A stretch of DNA of 32,000 nucleotides from contig CP144769.1 of assembly GCA_036689235.1 (NCBI GenBank), positions 207,865-239,864 of the forward strand, written 5' to 3'. The DNA is from Candidatus Saccharimonadota bacterium. GTDB taxonomy: Bacteria; Pseudomonadota; Gammaproteobacteria; Enterobacterales; Enterobacteriaceae. This document shows, one piece after another, positions 29,830 through 32,000 of this stretch; the stretch's first letter is position 1, and every line of letters begins with the position of its first letter. The notes below the pieces were generated by a model. That model saw only the letters and a program-made list of their open reading frames with translations, had not been told where the DNA came from and searched no databases. The position numbers were made by a program, and so were the translations under genes.

Positions 29830-31704
29830 TTAAATTAATTTATTTTTTTTTATATATATTAAGATAGATATTATTGAAGCAGGAGTAATTCCTGAAATAT
29901 TATATATATCACTTAAATAAATAAATTTATGTTTATATTTATTTAATTTCTGTTTTATTTCATTAGAAATATTAGGTATTAAATTAAAATTTATATTTTT
30001 AGATAAAATTATATTTTTATAAAAATTTAATTTTAATATTTCTATTTTCTGTTTATTTATATATCCATTATATTTTATAAGTATTTTAGTTTCTTTTAAA
30101 AATTTTTTTTTTATTTTATTAATATCAAATTCTTTTATTATTTTATTTAAAGATAATGAATAATTACATATTAAAGATTTTATACTTATTTTTTTATTTA
30201 AATATTTATTTAAAAAATATTTTTTCATAATATTTTTATGCTTTTTTTTTATAAACACAAATTTATTTTTTAAATATTTATAATTATTATTAATAATATT
30301 AATTTTTTTTAAAAAATATTTTCATTTATTTTCATTAATTAATTTTAATTTATATGCATATGGAGTTAATCTATAATCAGCATTATCTTCTCTTAAAAAT
30401 AATCTATATTCAGATCTTGAAGTAAACATTCTATATGGTTCATCAATTCCTTTATAACATAAATCATCTATTAATACCCCTATATATGAATTTAATCTAT
30501 TAAATATAAAATTAGATTTATTATTTATTTTTAATCCTGCATTTATACCAGCAACTAATCCTTGAGCTGCAGCTTCTTCATATCCAGTAGTACCATTTAT
30601 TTGTCCTGCAAAAAATAAATTATTTATTATTTTACTTTCTAAATTTAAATTTAATTTTTTTGGATTAAAATACATATATTCAACAGCATATCCTGGTTTA
30701 ATAATTTTTGAGTTTTCTAAACCTTTAATAGTTCTAATAAATTTAATTTGTATATTAATAGGTAAACTAGTAGATATCCCATTAGGATATATAATTTTAC
30801 TAAATAATCCTTCTTTTTCTAAAAATATATTATGACTATTTTTATTAGGAAAATTAACTATTTTATCTTCTATTGAAGGACAATATCTAGGACCTATACC
30901 AATTATATTACCATTATATAAAGGACTATATTTTAAATTATCTTTAATTATATTATGAGTTTTTTTATTAGTATTTGTTATATAACATTTTATTTGAGGT
31001 AAATAATTATATTTTTTTAAATTGCTAAAAAAAGAAAAATAACCATTTTTATTACCTTTTTGTTTTTCTAAAACTTTATAATTTATAGAATCTTTTAATA
31101 TTCTTGGTGGAGTACCTGTTTTTAAATAACCAAATTTAAAAGGATATTTTTGTAAAAAATTTGCTAATTTATAAGAAGAATGATCGTTAATTCTTCCTCC
31201 AATTTTAATTTTATTTCCTATAAAAATCTTAGAATTTAAAAAAGTACCAGTAGTTAATATAACAATTTTACTATATATTTTTTTATTTAATAATGTTACA
31301 ACACCATTAATATAATTATTTTTATTAATAATTAAATTTATAACTTCATCTTGATAAATTGTTATATTTTTAATTTTTTTTATTATACGTAAAGAATTAT
31401 ATTTATATAAATTTTTATCTATTTGTACTCTAGTTGATCTAACAGCTTCACCTTTACTTAAATTTAAAATTTTATATTGTATACAAGATAAATCCGCTAA
31501 TTTAGCTATTAATCCACCAAATGCATCAATTTCCTTTACTAAATGACTTTTTCCTAAACCTCCGATAGAAGGATTACATGACATTTTTCCTATATTATTA
31601 ATATTATAAGTAATTAATAAAACTTTTTTAACCATTTTAGAAGAAATATAACTTGCTTCTATACCAGCATGTCCTCCACCAACTATAATTATATCAAAAA
31701 ACAT
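29830..31704 (-). CDS. mnmG: tRNA uridine 5-carboxymethylaminomethyl modification enzyme MnmG (GidA)
   Basis: Track ORFs 29830-30258 and 30322-31704 are in frame (624 aa) and joined through one TGA. N-terminal FAD fold FDIIIVGGGHAGIEAS, MSCNPSIGGLGKSHLVKEIDAFGG, TGTPPR, GPRYCPSIEDK, FAGQINGTTGYEEAAAQG. An AAGG lies 5 nt upstream of the ATG. Confidence 0.95.
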
Positions 31705-31837
31705 ATAAACCTTTTAATAAATAAAGAAAATTTAACTTATTATATTACATAATCATTTTTTTTTAAATAGAATTTATATTTTTTTTTAATAATTTAATAT
31801 ATTGATTTTCAATGAAAAATATATTACAATTTAAAAA

Positions 31838-32000
31838 TTATAAACTTTTAATATTAAAGAAAAAATTAAATATATAATAAATAAAATTTGTAAAGAAAAA
31901 ATTTTTATAATTGATAGTAATATATATATATATAAATCTTTTTATATAATAAATTATAAAAAAAAAATAATAAATTTTAAAAAATCATTTAAAATCTTTT
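31838..32000 (-). CDS. 3' end of an unidentified ORF entering from the right edge (aromatic and hydrophobic-rich)
   Basis: A minus-strand frame is open for 53 codons (one TGA) from the window edge to TAA at 31838-31840: [53 protein letters not shown]. An open frame this long is unusual in DNA this A+T-rich. I recognise no motif. Confidence 0.3.

Noticed and set aside
31705-31837. oriC next to mnmG/gidA
   Set aside because: No DnaA-box-like 9-mers, no 13-mer-type repeats and only a 133-bp spacer. Nothing distinguishes it from other spacers.

Overview
This window is extremely A+T-rich (by eye well under 15% G+C; not computed). It is tightly packed housekeeping DNA from a highly reduced proteobacterial genome. 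The best guess is an obligate insect endosymbiont of the Zinderia/Nasuia type, but I could not run a search to confirm that.

The main result is that the sequence only makes sense if UGA is read as Trp (translation table 4). The supplied standard-code ORF track splits most long genes into pieces. Those pieces are in frame and separated only by TGA.

Re-read under table 4, the window holds:
- 28 recognisable protein genes: prmC (partial), holB, ahpC, rpmG, rpmB, dnaE, bamA, uppS, frr, rpoD, dnaG, rpsU, tsaD, cca, rpoZ, metG, rho, trxA, hspQ, acpS, rplY, tilS, proS, hinT, an Nfu-domain gene, efp, valS and mnmG.
- One unassigned partial ORF at the right edge.
- One clearly decaying TatD/YcfH-family pseudogene.
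- Nine tRNA genes: Pro, His, Lys, Ile, Trp, Gly, Tyr, Thr and Ala.

I found no CRISPR array, mobile element, rRNA, toxin-antitoxin or defence-like system, and no unexplained multi-gene cassette.

Observations worth a second look:
1. The tRNA-Trp keeps a CCA anticodon although UGA is the dominant Trp codon. It carries the U11:A24 D-stem state of the classical Hirsh UGA suppressor.
2. The tatD-like gene is caught mid-decay, and several of its frame breaks sit at long homopolymers.
3. A 410-bp spacer of about 99% A+T sits at a minus-to-plus switch in gene orientation, next to hspQ.
4. efp lies divergently beside valS, which keeps its Pro-Pro-Pro motif.
5. Gene boundaries are extremely compact: abutting stop codons, convergent overlaps, and a CDS end overlapping an antisense tRNA.
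6. cdsA, dxr and rseP are missing between uppS and bamA.
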